Shown in pieces: positions 49,970 to 59,699 of a stretch of DNA of 64,000 nt. Position 1 is the first letter of the stretch. Every line of letters starts with the position of its first letter. The notes beneath the pieces are model-generated. The model did not search any database. It was not told where the DNA came from and was given only the letters and a program-made list of their open reading frames with translations. Source of the DNA: an uncultured Acidobacteriota bacterium (GTDB lineage Bacteria; Acidobacteriota; Thermoanaerobaculia; UBA5066); the NCBI GenBank assembly GCA_963779415.1, contig CAVZYA010000002.1:704001-768000 (forward strand). The letters run 5' to 3'. The translations under genes and the position numbers were made by a program.

Positions 49970-50338
49970 ATGGCCCTCGACGACAGAGTCCGCGCGCACC
50001 TGAAGGACCTCGGCTCCGCGCTGAACGAGGCGGTCTCCGCGTCGTCGAAGGTCCACGAGATCCTCGGGAAGGTGAAGGCCGAGGGGTACGAGCCGTACCT
50101 CGTCCTCGATGCGACGGTGGCTCTCGACCGGCGCGGACGCCGCTCCTCCGCGGCGCTCCCCTCCATCCGTCGCGGGACGCCGACACGTGGCGACGGCGAA
50201 GGGACAACGTTCCAGATCAACGTCAAGGACCTGAACCTCCTTCGTTCGCTCGGCATCGACCCGACGCGCCCGGTGCGTTCAGGGCGCCGATCTGCGGCCA
50301 CGGTCACGATCCGTTCCACGGTCTCGCGCAAGGGCTGA
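49970..50338 (+). CDS. Small hypothetical protein
   Basis: Own promoter; protein-like composition (LKDLGSALNEAV..EGYEPYLVLDATV..DLNLLRSLGI). Confidence 0.7.
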   Translation: MALDDRVRAHLKDLGSALNEAVSASSKVHEILGKVKAEGYEPYLVLDATVALDRRGRRSSAALPSIRRGTPTRGDGEGTTFQINVKDLNLLRSLGIDPTRPVRSGRRSAATVTIRSTVSRKG

Positions 50339-50366
50339 GCGCCCGGCGCACCGGGCGGCGACCTCG

Positions 50367-51464
50367 ATGGATCTCCTCGGCCTTCCGGCTGCCGATCTCG
50401 CCCGCCTCCTCCGCGACGCGGCACCCGAGGCGTACCGTGCGGCCCAGATCCAGCGCTGGATCTGGGACCGCCGAGCCTCCTCGTTTTCGGAGATGACCGA
50501 CCTGCCCAGGGAGATGCGCGCGGCGCTCGCGGAGCGGTTCACGATCGGCCTGCCGAGGGTCGTCTCCCGCTCGCCGGCCGAGGACGGCGCGGAGAAGTTC
50601 CTCCTCGAATTCGCCGACGGCGTCCGTGTCGAAGCGGTCTTCATGATCGACTCGAAGCGCCGTCCGGCCGCGGAGGCCTCCGAAAGCTCTCCCGGGACGC
50701 GGATCACGATCTGCCTCTCCTCGCAGGCCGGCTGCGCGATCGACTGCGCCTTCTGCGTCACGGGGCGGATGGGGGCGGGGCGGAACCTGACGGCGGGGGA
50801 GATCGTCGGCCAGTACCTCGTCCTCGCGCGCGAGAAGCGCGTGGCCCCTCGCGGGGCGAACGTCGTCTTCATGGGAATGGGGGAGCCGCTCCTGAACGTC
50901 GCGAACGTCTCGGTGGCGCTCGACCTCCTCTCGCGCGAGGTCTCGCCGCGGCGGACGACGGTCTCGACGGCCGGCATCGTCCCCGGAATCGAGGCGCTCG
51001 CCCTCCGGCCGCACCGGCCGAACCTCGCCGTCTCGCTCTCGGCGGCCGACGACGCGACACGGAGCCGGCTGGTGCCGGTCAACCGGATCCACCCGCTCGC
51101 GGAGCTCTTCGCGGCCCTGAGGAAATGGCCCCTCGAGAAGGGACGGCGAATCACCTTCGAGTGGGTCCTCATCGCGGGGGTGAACGACTCGCCCGAGATG
51201 GCGAAGCGGCTCGCGGCTCTCTCACGCCAACTCCCCTCCAAGGTGAATCTCATCCCTCTCAACGAGTCGGCAAAATGGCTTCCCGGGATGAAGCGGCCGT
51301 CGCCCGCCGCCATCGACGCCTTCGCGCGCGCTCTCGCCGCCGCGAACGTGGACGTGACGGTCCGGTGGTCGAAGGGACTGCAGGCCGACGCGGCCTGCGG
51401 GCAGCTCAAGGGACGCGAGACTCCGCGGCGAGGGGGCGGGGCGCGGGAGCCCGCCGGAAGCTGA
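50367..51464 (+). CDS. rlmN: 23S rRNA/tRNA m2A methyltransferase
   Basis: CLSSQAGCAIDCAFC, FMGMGEP, VNLIPLN, AACGQL. Confidence 0.93.
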   Translation: MDLLGLPAADLARLLRDAAPEAYRAAQIQRWIWDRRASSFSEMTDLPREMRAALAERFTIGLPRVVSRSPAEDGAEKFLLEFADGVRVEAVFMIDSKRRPAAEASESSPGTRITICLSSQAGCAIDCAFCVTGRMGAGRNLTAGEIVGQYLVLAREKRVAPRGANVVFMGMGEPLLNVANVSVALDLLSREVSPRRTTVSTAGIVPGIEALALRPHRPNLAVSLSAADDATRSRLVPVNRIHPLAELFAALRKWPLEKGRRITFEWVLIAGVNDSPEMAKRLAALSRQLPSKVNLIPLNESAKWLPGMKRPSPAAIDAFARALAAANVDVTVRWSKGLQADAACGQLKGRETPRRGGGAREPAGS

Positions 51465-53118
51465 GGAGGACCGTCCCCGGCCAGAAGCGCCGGACGCTCT
51501 CGGGAGCGAAGCCGAGCGACGCGAGAGTCCGCTCCAGGAACAGTTGTGTCACGGGAAACGGCGTCCCATCGGGATCCGCGAGAGCGACGACGCGGTCGAC
51601 GGGGAAGCGTTCGACGAGCGCCGCCAGGCGCGAAGGAAAGTCCTCGGCCGTCCACCGCTCCGTCTCGTCGCCGCGCGGCAGGCCGATGTAGACGGAAAAC
51701 GACCCCGCCCCGGGCCAGCGCTCGGCCCCGGCCCGGAGCATTCGGGCGAGAGGTCCGGGGAGCCGTTCCGCGGATCCGGCGAGGCGGAGCTCGCTCGCCG
51801 TCCGAAGCGCCGCCGCGCCGTCGAGAGGGATCGCTCCTTCCGAGACGAGAGCGAAATCACAGGTGGCGGGGGAAACGAGCGCGTTCTCCGACGCGACGAA
51901 CACGGACCGGCCGCCCCGGCTCATCTCCGCGACGACCGCGGCGCGGACGGCGTCTCCACGGCGCGGCGTTGCGGGAGTGAGACAGGCAAGAAGCGCCGGA
52001 ATCTGGAACGCAAGGAGGAGCGCGAAGACGCCGGCCATCGCTCTCCGAAGAAACGTGCCACGGCGCGTCCGGAGGTCCTCGACGAGAGCGCCGAGCAGAA
52101 AGGGGAAGAGAACGGCGAGCGGAAGGATGTGGCGGTTCAGCTTCGTGTGGGAAAGCTCGGCGAGGACGATCTGGAGGAGGGCGAGGAAGGCGACGAGCCG
52201 GACGCTTCGGTCGCGAAGCGCGCGCCGTGAAAGGGAGAGGACGAGCGCCGCCATGTAGAGCGCGAGAAGCGGTCCCGAACCCGCCAGCGTCACGGCCGCG
52301 CGCGGATAGTAGAGAAAACCTTCGACGCTGAAGGTCGAAGGACCGGTCTGAAGGTTCACGAGCGCGGCGAGCGTGTGCGCGATCTTCGGCGGGTACGCGA
52401 ACCAGAGCGCGAGCGGCACGGCGAGCGCCGCGAGGGCCTTCCGGGCGTTGCTCCGCACGCCTCTCCGCGGATCGTCGGCGGCCAATCGGCGGCCGATCGC
52501 CCCGTCGACGGCGAAGGCGGCCGCGAGAGCGAGCGCGAGGAGGACGCCGTAGTTCGTCCGTGTCAGGTACGTCGCGAAGACGGAGAGGCCGAGGAGAACG
52601 GGACGCCGTCCCTCGACGTAGAGAAGGATCGTGAGCGAAAAGAGCGCGAGGGCCGGCAGCTCGAGGAGAGCCGTCCCCGCGAGCTTCGCGGCGAGCGGCG
52701 AAAGGAGGAAACCGAGACCCGCGACGAGGGCCGCGGCGGCGCCGCGCGCGCGGAGTGCGGCGAGAGCGAGAAGGCCCGCAGTCGCGACGTACGCGGCGAG
52801 GCTGCTCGTCCGGGCAGTCTCCGCCGTGGCTCCGAAGAGCAGGAAGAAGAAACCGCTGTAGAGCGCATGGAGCGGAGGCCAGTAGACCGAACGGTAGGCG
52901 TCGTACGCGACCCGGAGAAACTCCCCCGCGCGAAGCTCCAGCGCCACCCGGAGGCCGTAGAGCGCGTGAAACCCCTCGTCCCAGTCGAGCGGCCCGGCCG
53001 GGGCGATCACCCGCGAGCGGATCACGAACGCGAGCGCGACCGCCGCCGCGAGGACGCCGAGAAGCGCCGAAGCGCCCCCCCGGGAGCGGCGGTTCGGAGG
53101 AACGGGAAGCTCGCTCAT
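51406..53118 (-). CDS. GT-C fold (ArnT/PMT-like) membrane glycosyltransferase
   Basis: WDEGFH, YWPPL, many TM helices; ATG overlaps the pgeF stop. Confidence 0.7.
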   Translation of the reverse strand: MSELPVPPNRRSRGGASALLGVLAAAVALAFVIRSRVIAPAGPLDWDEGFHALYGLRVALELRAGEFLRVAYDAYRSVYWPPLHALYSGFFFLLFGATAETARTSSLAAYVATAGLLALAALRARGAAAALVAGLGFLLSPLAAKLAGTALLELPALALFSLTILLYVEGRRPVLLGLSVFATYLTRTNYGVLLALALAAAFAVDGAIGRRLAADDPRRGVRSNARKALAALAVPLALWFAYPPKIAHTLAALVNLQTGPSTFSVEGFLYYPRAAVTLAGSGPLLALYMAALVLSLSRRALRDRSVRLVAFLALLQIVLAELSHTKLNRHILPLAVLFPFLLGALVEDLRTRRGTFLRRAMAGVFALLLAFQIPALLACLTPATPRRGDAVRAAVVAEMSRGGRSVFVASENALVSPATCDFALVSEGAIPLDGAAALRTASELRLAGSAERLPGPLARMLRAGAERWPGAGSFSVYIGLPRGDETERWTAEDFPSRLAALVERFPVDRVVALADPDGTPFPVTQLFLERTLASLGFAPESVRRFWPGTVLLSFRRAPAPRPLAAESRVP

Positions 53119-53891
53119 CGGAGCGGTCGTTTTCTGACGATCCCCGTCACGATCCGCCCCGTCCCCTTTCCGTCGCGGCGGTAGGACGGAAAGAGATCCG
53201 GGCAGCCGGCCGTGCAGAGAGCGGCATCTAGGATCGATCCCGCAAGGACGCCGCGGCCGACGAGGAGAGCCCTGTTGAAGGCGGCGACGTCGACGTGGTA
53301 CCGGTCCTGGCGGCCGGGGCGAATGGCGCCCGCGGGGACGTCGATTTGGGTGTGGTTCTTCCGAAGGGCCTCGACGACGTCGGGGCCGACCTCGTACCGC
53401 CCCTGCGAGATGCAGGGGCCGATCGCGGCGACGAGGCGCGAGGCGGGGACGCCTTCCTTCTCGAGCCGGTCGAGGACGGCGTCGAGAATCCGAGCCGCCG
53501 TCCCGCGCCAGCCGGCGTGCACGGCCGCGATCCATGGCCCTCCCGTGTCGGCGAGGAGTATCGGAACGCAGTCGGCCGACTGGATGCCGAGAAGGACTCT
53601 TACCTCTCGCGTCATCAGCGCGTCGCCGGTGCCGGCCATGCCGCTCCCCGAAAGATCTCCCGCGGCATCGATGATCAGAACGCCCCGGCCGTGGACCTGC
53701 CGGGCGAGGGCGATCCGGGCCGAGGGCGCGCCGAGGGCCGCCGCGAGGTCCCGGGCGAGCCGTGGCACCTCCTCGCGCCCTCGGTTCGTTCCGGTCGTGA
53801 AGCCGGCCGAGACGCCGTCGGGAAGCCCCCGGAGGAGCCCGTATTCCCCTTCGAAGGAGATGCAGCCCTCTGCCGGTTCCACAGGTGTCAT
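53115..53891 (-). CDS. pgeF: Peptidoglycan editing factor / YfiH family
   Basis: QVHG, SADCVPILL, HAGWRG, IGPCI, YEVG, CT, FPSYRR; start may be GTG 53882. Confidence 0.9.
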   Translation of the reverse strand: MTPVEPAEGCISFEGEYGLLRGLPDGVSAGFTTGTNRGREEVPRLARDLAAALGAPSARIALARQVHGRGVLIIDAAGDLSGSGMAGTGDALMTREVRVLLGIQSADCVPILLADTGGPWIAAVHAGWRGTAARILDAVLDRLEKEGVPASRLVAAIGPCISQGRYEVGPDVVEALRKNHTQIDVPAGAIRPGRQDRYHVDVAAFNRALLVGRGVLAGSILDAALCTAGCPDLFPSYRRDGKGTGRIVTGIVRKRPLR

Positions 53892-53922
53892 TCTAGGGAG
53901 GCATCTAGAATCCCCGCCATTC

Positions 53923-54615
53923 ATGGCGAAGCCGAAGACCGGTCGAGAGAGCGGCCCGCGGCGCGGATGGTCTGCCGCGGAACGGCGGATTCTCGCGAAG
54001 CTGTCGACGCCGGAAGCGATCCAGCGCTTCCTCGACGAGGAGGTCGGCTACAACCACGAGAGAGACGGCGAGACCTGCCGGTCCCCGCGCGCCGTCCTTC
54101 GCGACCGGATCGCTCACTGCGGCGAGGGCTCCATCTTCGCGGCGGCCGCCCTCCGTTTCCACGGACGGAGGCCTCTCGTGATCCAGCTACGGGCGGTCCG
54201 GGACACCGATCACGTTCTCGCCCTCTTCACGGGGCCGGACGGCCGGGGCGGGTGGGCGTGGGGGGCCGTGGCGAAGTCGAACTACGCCGGGCTTCGCTAT
54301 CGGTCCGCCGTCTACCGCACCGTTCGCGAGCTCGTCCTGAGCTACTTCGAGGACTACTACAGCCCGTCCGGCGAGCGGACCCTCCGCACCTTCACCCGGC
54401 CGGTGGACCTGTCGCGGTTCGACGCGAGGGGGTGGGAGACGGCCGAGGGGAACATCTGCGACGTGGCCGACTGGGTCGCGACGCGGCGTTTTCATGCCCT
54501 CCTGACCCGTGTGCAGGCGCGAGGCCTGTCCCGCGTCGATAAGCGCCTCTACCTTTCGGGGCTCGTCGGCTCGTCGAATCTGGAGCCTGAGGGACCCTAC
54601 CGGAAGAAGCGCTGA
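53923..54615 (+). CDS. Transglutaminase-like (vasohibin-like) cysteine peptidase
   Basis: AHCGEGSIFAAA, DHVLALF, WGAVAKSN, YRTVRELVLSY. Confidence 0.65.
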   Translation: MAKPKTGRESGPRRGWSAAERRILAKLSTPEAIQRFLDEEVGYNHERDGETCRSPRAVLRDRIAHCGEGSIFAAAALRFHGRRPLVIQLRAVRDTDHVLALFTGPDGRGGWAWGAVAKSNYAGLRYRSAVYRTVRELVLSYFEDYYSPSGERTLRTFTRPVDLSRFDARGWETAEGNICDVADWVATRRFHALLTRVQARGLSRVDKRLYLSGLVGSSNLEPEGPYRKKR

Positions 54616-54626
54616 CCAGGAGCGCG

Positions 54627-55805
54627 TCAGAGCCCACGGGCGAGGCGCGCCACGCCCTCGGCGAAGAGATCCGGCTGCGGCAGAAGGCTGAGGACGAGGA
54701 AACTCTCCGACGGGAAGTCGAAGAAGTAGCCGGGGTGGACGAGAAGGTCGTGGTCAGAGAGGAGACGAAGGACGAGCTCCTCCTCGGCCTCGACGGCCGG
54801 GACGCGAAGGACGGCCGACCAGCCGCCGCGAAGCGGCTCGGCGGCGGCGGGCGCCCCCGGCGGGAAAGCGCGGACGAGCGTGGCATGGTTCGTCCGGAGG
54901 CGCTCGCGGATCGCGGCGGCGGCCGTCTCGCCCCACGAGAGGAGCTCCGGGAGCGCGAGCTGCACCGGCGTTCCGACCGAGAGGTAGGTGTCGGCGATCC
55001 ATTCGAGACGGGCGAGCGCCTCGCGCGCGAGCTCCTCCGGTCCCCCGACGAGCAGCCATCCGAGTTTCATCTGCGGGAGAGCGGCGGATTTCGAGAGCCC
55101 TCCGAGTGAGACGGCGAGAGCGCCGCCGTCAGCCGCGCACTCGGCGGCGACGGGAACGTCGTCCGCTCCCGGAGCGAAGCGGTAGTCGAGGAAGACCTCG
55201 TCGGAGACGACGGCGAATCCGTGGCGCTTCGCCGAAGCCAGGAGGGAGAGAAGCTCGCCACGCGCCACCCCGGAGCCGGTCGGGTTGTTCGGGGAGACGA
55301 GAACGACGGCTCCGACGCGGCGGTCCGAACCGGCGAACCGCTCGACCTCGCGTTCGACGCTCGCGGCCTGAAAAGTCCACCCCCCGTCGGGGTCGAGCGG
55401 GTAGCGCTCGACGCGGACGCTCTCCAGGCCGGCGAGGGCGTCGAGGAGCGGGTAGCTCGGAGCGGGGACGAGAACGGTGTTTCCGGGATCGCAGAGGAGC
55501 CTGAAGAGCCAGCCGTACGCTTCGCTCGAGGAAGCCGCGAGGACGATTCGCGAAGGATCGGCCGCGACGGCGCGGCGGCCGTAGTACTCCGCCACGGCTT
55601 GCCGCGCGGCGAGGATTCCTGCCGGTTCCGGAGCGTAGAAGCGTCCGCGGGGGTCCGCGAGCGGGGCGAGGGGATCGCCGGGAACGTCGAGCCCTACGGC
55701 GGTCGGGTTCGAGACGGTCAGGTCGAGCGGAGGCACGGCGCGCCCCGCGAGGGCCCGCGACATCCGGTTCGTCGCGTGGATCTTCGGCGTCCGCCCGGAG
55801 AACAA
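54627..55805 (-). CDS. PLP-dependent aminotransferase class I/II
   Basis: PSYP, SPNNPTG, SDEVF, GLSK. Confidence 0.88.
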   Translation of the reverse strand: MFSGRTPKIHATNRMSRALAGRAVPPLDLTVSNPTAVGLDVPGDPLAPLADPRGRFYAPEPAGILAARQAVAEYYGRRAVAADPSRIVLAASSSEAYGWLFRLLCDPGNTVLVPAPSYPLLDALAGLESVRVERYPLDPDGGWTFQAASVEREVERFAGSDRRVGAVVLVSPNNPTGSGVARGELLSLLASAKRHGFAVVSDEVFLDYRFAPGADDVPVAAECAADGGALAVSLGGLSKSAALPQMKLGWLLVGGPEELAREALARLEWIADTYLSVGTPVQLALPELLSWGETAAAAIRERLRTNHATLVRAFPPGAPAAAEPLRGGWSAVLRVPAVEAEEELVLRLLSDHDLLVHPGYFFDFPSESFLVLSLLPQPDLFAEGVARLARGL

Positions 55806-55809
55806 CGCC

Positions 55810-57933
55810 TTACTTCTTTTCGGGCGCGGCGTCCCAGACCTTCCCGGCCGCCATCGCCTTCGGATCCCACGGCGACGGGTCGCCGCCGAGAAAGCGGTGG
55901 AACCAATCGAGGTGCGCAGCGTAGTAGAGCGCCATCTCCTGCCATGAGGGCCAGTGTCCCGCCTTCTCGAAGACGACGAGGCGGGAAGGGACCTTCATTC
56001 TCTGCAGGTCGGTGAAGAACATGAGCGACTGCGTATACGGCACGCGGAAATCGCGCTCGCCGGTCAGGACGAGCGTCGGGGTCCTGAAGTTCTTAACGTA
56101 CTCCGACGGCGTCTGCTTCCGGTACCCTTCGGGGTTCTGCCACGGGGTCCCCTTGAGATCCCATTCCGGGAACCAGAGTTCCTCCGTCGCGCTGTACATC
56201 GACCGGAGGTCGTAGACCCCCATCATCGAAGCGGCGGCCTTGTAGCGCGTCGTCTGCCCGACGAGCCACATCACGGCGTATCCCCCCCACGACCACCCCA
56301 TGACGCCGATCCGCTCCTTGTCGACGTACGGGAGCTTCTCGAGCGCGTCAGTCACCTTCGCGACGTCCTCCATCACCTTGCCGTCCCAGTCGCCGGAGAT
56401 GGCCGACGTATAGGCCTGGCCGAAGCCGGTCGAGCCGTGCGGGTTCGGAAAGGCCTCGATGTAACCGGCCCCCGGGTAGACCTGCCAGTCGCCGCGAAAC
56501 GCGTCGGCCCACTGCGACTGGGGCCCGCCGTGGATGTTCAGGATGAGCGGGTATTTCTTCGCGGGGTCGAAGCCGTGCGGCGTCACGATCCACGTCTGGA
56601 CCGGCTTTCCCTCGGCGCCGGGGAAGAAACGCTCCTCGGCGGGCCGGATGTCGACCTCGGCCCCGAGGGACACGTTGTGCGTCGTCAGACGCGTCCCTTC
56701 GGGGTTCGGCTTCGGAGAGAAGTCGATCCGCCAGAGCTCAGGCGGCTGCCCGATCCGCCGGCGCGCCACGACGGCGAAGGAGGCGTCCTTCGCCGTGACG
56801 AAGGCATCGAGCGTCCCGACGTCCGAGAGGACGCGGATCCTCCCGGTCGCGACTTCGAGCTCATGGAGCGGCGTCCGCCCCTTCACGTCTGCGGTGAAAT
56901 AGATCCTTCGGGAGTCGGCGGACCAGCCGATGTCGCCGATCGTGTTGTCGAAGGCGTCGGTGAGGCTCCGTTCGGAGAGGGTCGCCCGGTCGAGAAGGAC
57001 GATCCGGAACCGGTCCGCCTCGTATCGGGGCGTCACCTGCCGCCGGAAGGCGAGCCACTTCCCGTCGGGTGAGTAGCGCGGCGTCCCGTCCCAGCCGAGG
57101 TTCTTCGCCGTGAGGTTCTTCGGCGACTTCAGGGCGTCGGCACCGCCGTCGAGGCGGACGACGAAGAGGTCGGCGTTCGTGGAGTCGGCCGGCTCCGGCG
57201 TCCGGTTCGACGCGAAGGCCAGCTCCTTTCCGTCGGGGGAGAGATCGAAGCCACGCGAGCCGCCGAGCGTGAAGACCGGCGAGTCGAAGTCGCCGGGCGT
57301 CAGATCCGTGGTCGTCCCGGCCGCGAGGTCGAGGCGGAGGAGATGCGTCCGGCGCCCCTCTTTCCACGAGTCCCAGTGCCGGTAGAGAAGCGCGTCCTCG
57401 ACCTGCGCCTTCAGCTTGTTCTTCTCGCGCGCCTCGATCGAGGCCTTGTTGCAGGCGGCGTCGGCGCCGCAGGCGGGATCGACCTCGGCGGCGAAGACGA
57501 GGGCCGTCCCGTCGGCGGAGAAAATCGGGTCGGAGATCCCCCCGGGGACGTCGGTCTTCTTCTCGGCTTCGCCGCCGGCAAGCGGCAGGAGGAAGAGCTG
57601 CGGGTCGCCCGACCGCGTCGAAACGAATGCGAGCGACTTTCCGTCCGGCGAGAAGAGCGGGTGCATGTCGCGGGCGTCGGAAAAGGTGAGACGGCGGGCG
57701 CCCGTCCCGTCCACGCCGACCCGCCAGAGAGCGGTCGTCCGCTTTCCCGCCTTCACGTCGCCTGTCGTGACGGCGTAGACGATCGTCTTTCCGTCCGGCG
57801 AAAGGGCCGGCTCGCCGACGCCGGCGACTCGATAGAAATCGGGGAGGGTGAACGCTCGCTTCTCCGTCGTTTGCGGAGAAGCCGGAAGGGCCGCCAGGGA
57901 GAGGAAGAGGAGACTCCGGAGGACTCGTCGCAT
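55810..57933 (-). CDS. S9-family (prolyl oligopeptidase-like) peptidase
   Basis: Signal peptide, PD40-like repeats, HGGP, GWSWGG, DFRV, GHW. Confidence 0.92.
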   Translation of the reverse strand: MRRVLRSLLFLSLAALPASPQTTEKRAFTLPDFYRVAGVGEPALSPDGKTIVYAVTTGDVKAGKRTTALWRVGVDGTGARRLTFSDARDMHPLFSPDGKSLAFVSTRSGDPQLFLLPLAGGEAEKKTDVPGGISDPIFSADGTALVFAAEVDPACGADAACNKASIEAREKNKLKAQVEDALLYRHWDSWKEGRRTHLLRLDLAAGTTTDLTPGDFDSPVFTLGGSRGFDLSPDGKELAFASNRTPEPADSTNADLFVVRLDGGADALKSPKNLTAKNLGWDGTPRYSPDGKWLAFRRQVTPRYEADRFRIVLLDRATLSERSLTDAFDNTIGDIGWSADSRRIYFTADVKGRTPLHELEVATGRIRVLSDVGTLDAFVTAKDASFAVVARRRIGQPPELWRIDFSPKPNPEGTRLTTHNVSLGAEVDIRPAEERFFPGAEGKPVQTWIVTPHGFDPAKKYPLILNIHGGPQSQWADAFRGDWQVYPGAGYIEAFPNPHGSTGFGQAYTSAISGDWDGKVMEDVAKVTDALEKLPYVDKERIGVMGWSWGGYAVMWLVGQTTRYKAAASMMGVYDLRSMYSATEELWFPEWDLKGTPWQNPEGYRKQTPSEYVKNFRTPTLVLTGERDFRVPYTQSLMFFTDLQRMKVPSRLVVFEKAGHWPSWQEMALYYAAHLDWFHRFLGGDPSPWDPKAMAAGKVWDAAPEKK

Positions 57934-57982
57934 GGGCGGGAAGGTTACTCCGGGAATCCCGTCCTGTTACATTCCACGCCCC

Positions 57983-59662
57983 ATGGCTCCGCAGTACATC
58001 TTCACCATGCAGAACCTCCGGAAGGTCGTCCCGCCCCAGCGGGAGATCCTCCGGGGGATCTACCTCTCGTTCTTTCCCGGCGCCAAGATCGGCATCCTCG
58101 GCCTGAACGGGGCGGGGAAGTCGACGGTTCTCCGGATCATGGCGGGCGTCGAGAAGGAGTTCACCGGCGAGGCGTATCCGGCCGAGGGGACACGGATCGG
58201 CTTCCTTCCGCAGGACCCGCGGCTCGATCCGAAGAAGAGCGTCCTCGAAAACGTCGAGGAGGGAGTCGCCCCCGTCAAGGCGCTCCTGAACCGCTTCGAC
58301 GAGCTCTCCGGGAAGATGGGAGAGTCCCTCCCGGACGACGAGATGGAGAAGGTGATGGCCGAGTACGGCCGCGTCCAGGACGCCATCGAGGCGGCCGGCG
58401 GCTGGGAGCTGGACCGGACGCTCGAGACGGCGATGGATGCGCTCCGCTGCCCGCCCCCCGACGCGGACGTGACGAAGATCTCCGGCGGCGAGAAGCGGCG
58501 CGTCGCCCTCTGCCGGATCCTTCTTCAGCGCCCCGATCTCCTCCTCCTCGACGAGCCGACGAACCATCTCGACGCCGAGTCGGTCGCCTGGCTCGAACAG
58601 CACCTGAAGGACTACCCGGGGACGGTCGTGGCGGTCACCCACGACCGGTACTTCCTCGACAACGTCGCGGGGTGGATCCTCGAGCTGGACCGCGGCGCCG
58701 GGATCCCGTGGAAGGGGAACTACTCCTCGTGGCTCGAGCAGAAGCAGGCCCGTCTCGCGCAGGAGGAGAAGGCCGAATCGGCGCGGCAGCGGACCCTCAA
58801 GCACGAGCTGGAGTGGGTCCGGATGGCCCCGCGCGCGCGGCAGGCCAAGAGCAAGGCTCGCCTGCAGGCCTACGAGCAGCTCCTCTCGGAATCGGGCGTC
58901 GAGGGGCGCGGCGAGACGAACGAGATCTACATCCCGCCCGGCCCGCGGCTCGGGGACGTCGTCGTCCGCGCGGAGAGGGTCCGGAAGGGGTACGAGGACC
59001 GGCTCCTCTTCGAGGGCCTGAACTTCGACCTGCCGCGCGGCGGCATCGTCGGCGTCATCGGACCGAACGGCGCGGGGAAGACGACGCTCTTCCGGATGAT
59101 CATGGGGCTCGAGAAGCCCGACGGCGGGACGCTCCGGGTTGGCGAGACGGTCGTCCCGAGCTACGTGGACCAGAACCGCGACCGTCCGAACGCGAAGAAA
59201 AGCGTTCACGACGAGCTGTCGGAAGGACAGGACCTCGTGATGTTGGGAAAGCGCGAGATCCCCAGCCGCGCCTTCTGCGCCATGTACAACTTCAAGGGAG
59301 CCGACCAGCAGAAACTCGTGCAGGACCTCTCGGGGGGCGAGATGAACCGCCTTCACCTCGCGCGGACCCTGAAGAAGGGGGGGAACCTCCTCCTTCTCGA
59401 CGAGCCGACGAACGATCTCGACGTCGACACCCTCCGGGCCCTCGAGGACGCGCTCCTCGCCTTCGGCGGCTGCGCCGTCGTCATCTCGCACGACCGCTGG
59501 TTCCTCGACCGGATCGCCACGCACATCCTCGCCTTCGAGGGGGACTCGAAGACCGTCTGGTACGAGGGGAACTATCAGGATTACGAGGCCGACCGGCACC
59601 GCCGCCTCGGTGCGGCGGCCGACATGCCGCACCGGATCCGATACCGGAAGCTGACGGGATAA
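57983..59662 (+). CDS. ettA: Energy-dependent translational throttle ABC-F protein
   Basis: LSFFPGAKIG, two ABC domains, ELEWVR, ARQAKSKARL, HILAFEGDS. Confidence 0.95.
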   Translation: MAPQYIFTMQNLRKVVPPQREILRGIYLSFFPGAKIGILGLNGAGKSTVLRIMAGVEKEFTGEAYPAEGTRIGFLPQDPRLDPKKSVLENVEEGVAPVKALLNRFDELSGKMGESLPDDEMEKVMAEYGRVQDAIEAAGGWELDRTLETAMDALRCPPPDADVTKISGGEKRRVALCRILLQRPDLLLLDEPTNHLDAESVAWLEQHLKDYPGTVVAVTHDRYFLDNVAGWILELDRGAGIPWKGNYSSWLEQKQARLAQEEKAESARQRTLKHELEWVRMAPRARQAKSKARLQAYEQLLSESGVEGRGETNEIYIPPGPRLGDVVVRAERVRKGYEDRLLFEGLNFDLPRGGIVGVIGPNGAGKTTLFRMIMGLEKPDGGTLRVGETVVPSYVDQNRDRPNAKKSVHDELSEGQDLVMLGKREIPSRAFCAMYNFKGADQQKLVQDLSGGEMNRLHLARTLKKGGNLLLLDEPTNDLDVDTLRALEDALLAFGGCAVVISHDRWFLDRIATHILAFEGDSKTVWYEGNYQDYEADRHRRLGAAADMPHRIRYRKLTG

Positions 59663-59699
59663 GGCTTCCCCGGGGCCCGCCGCTTTGTAGACTCCGATC

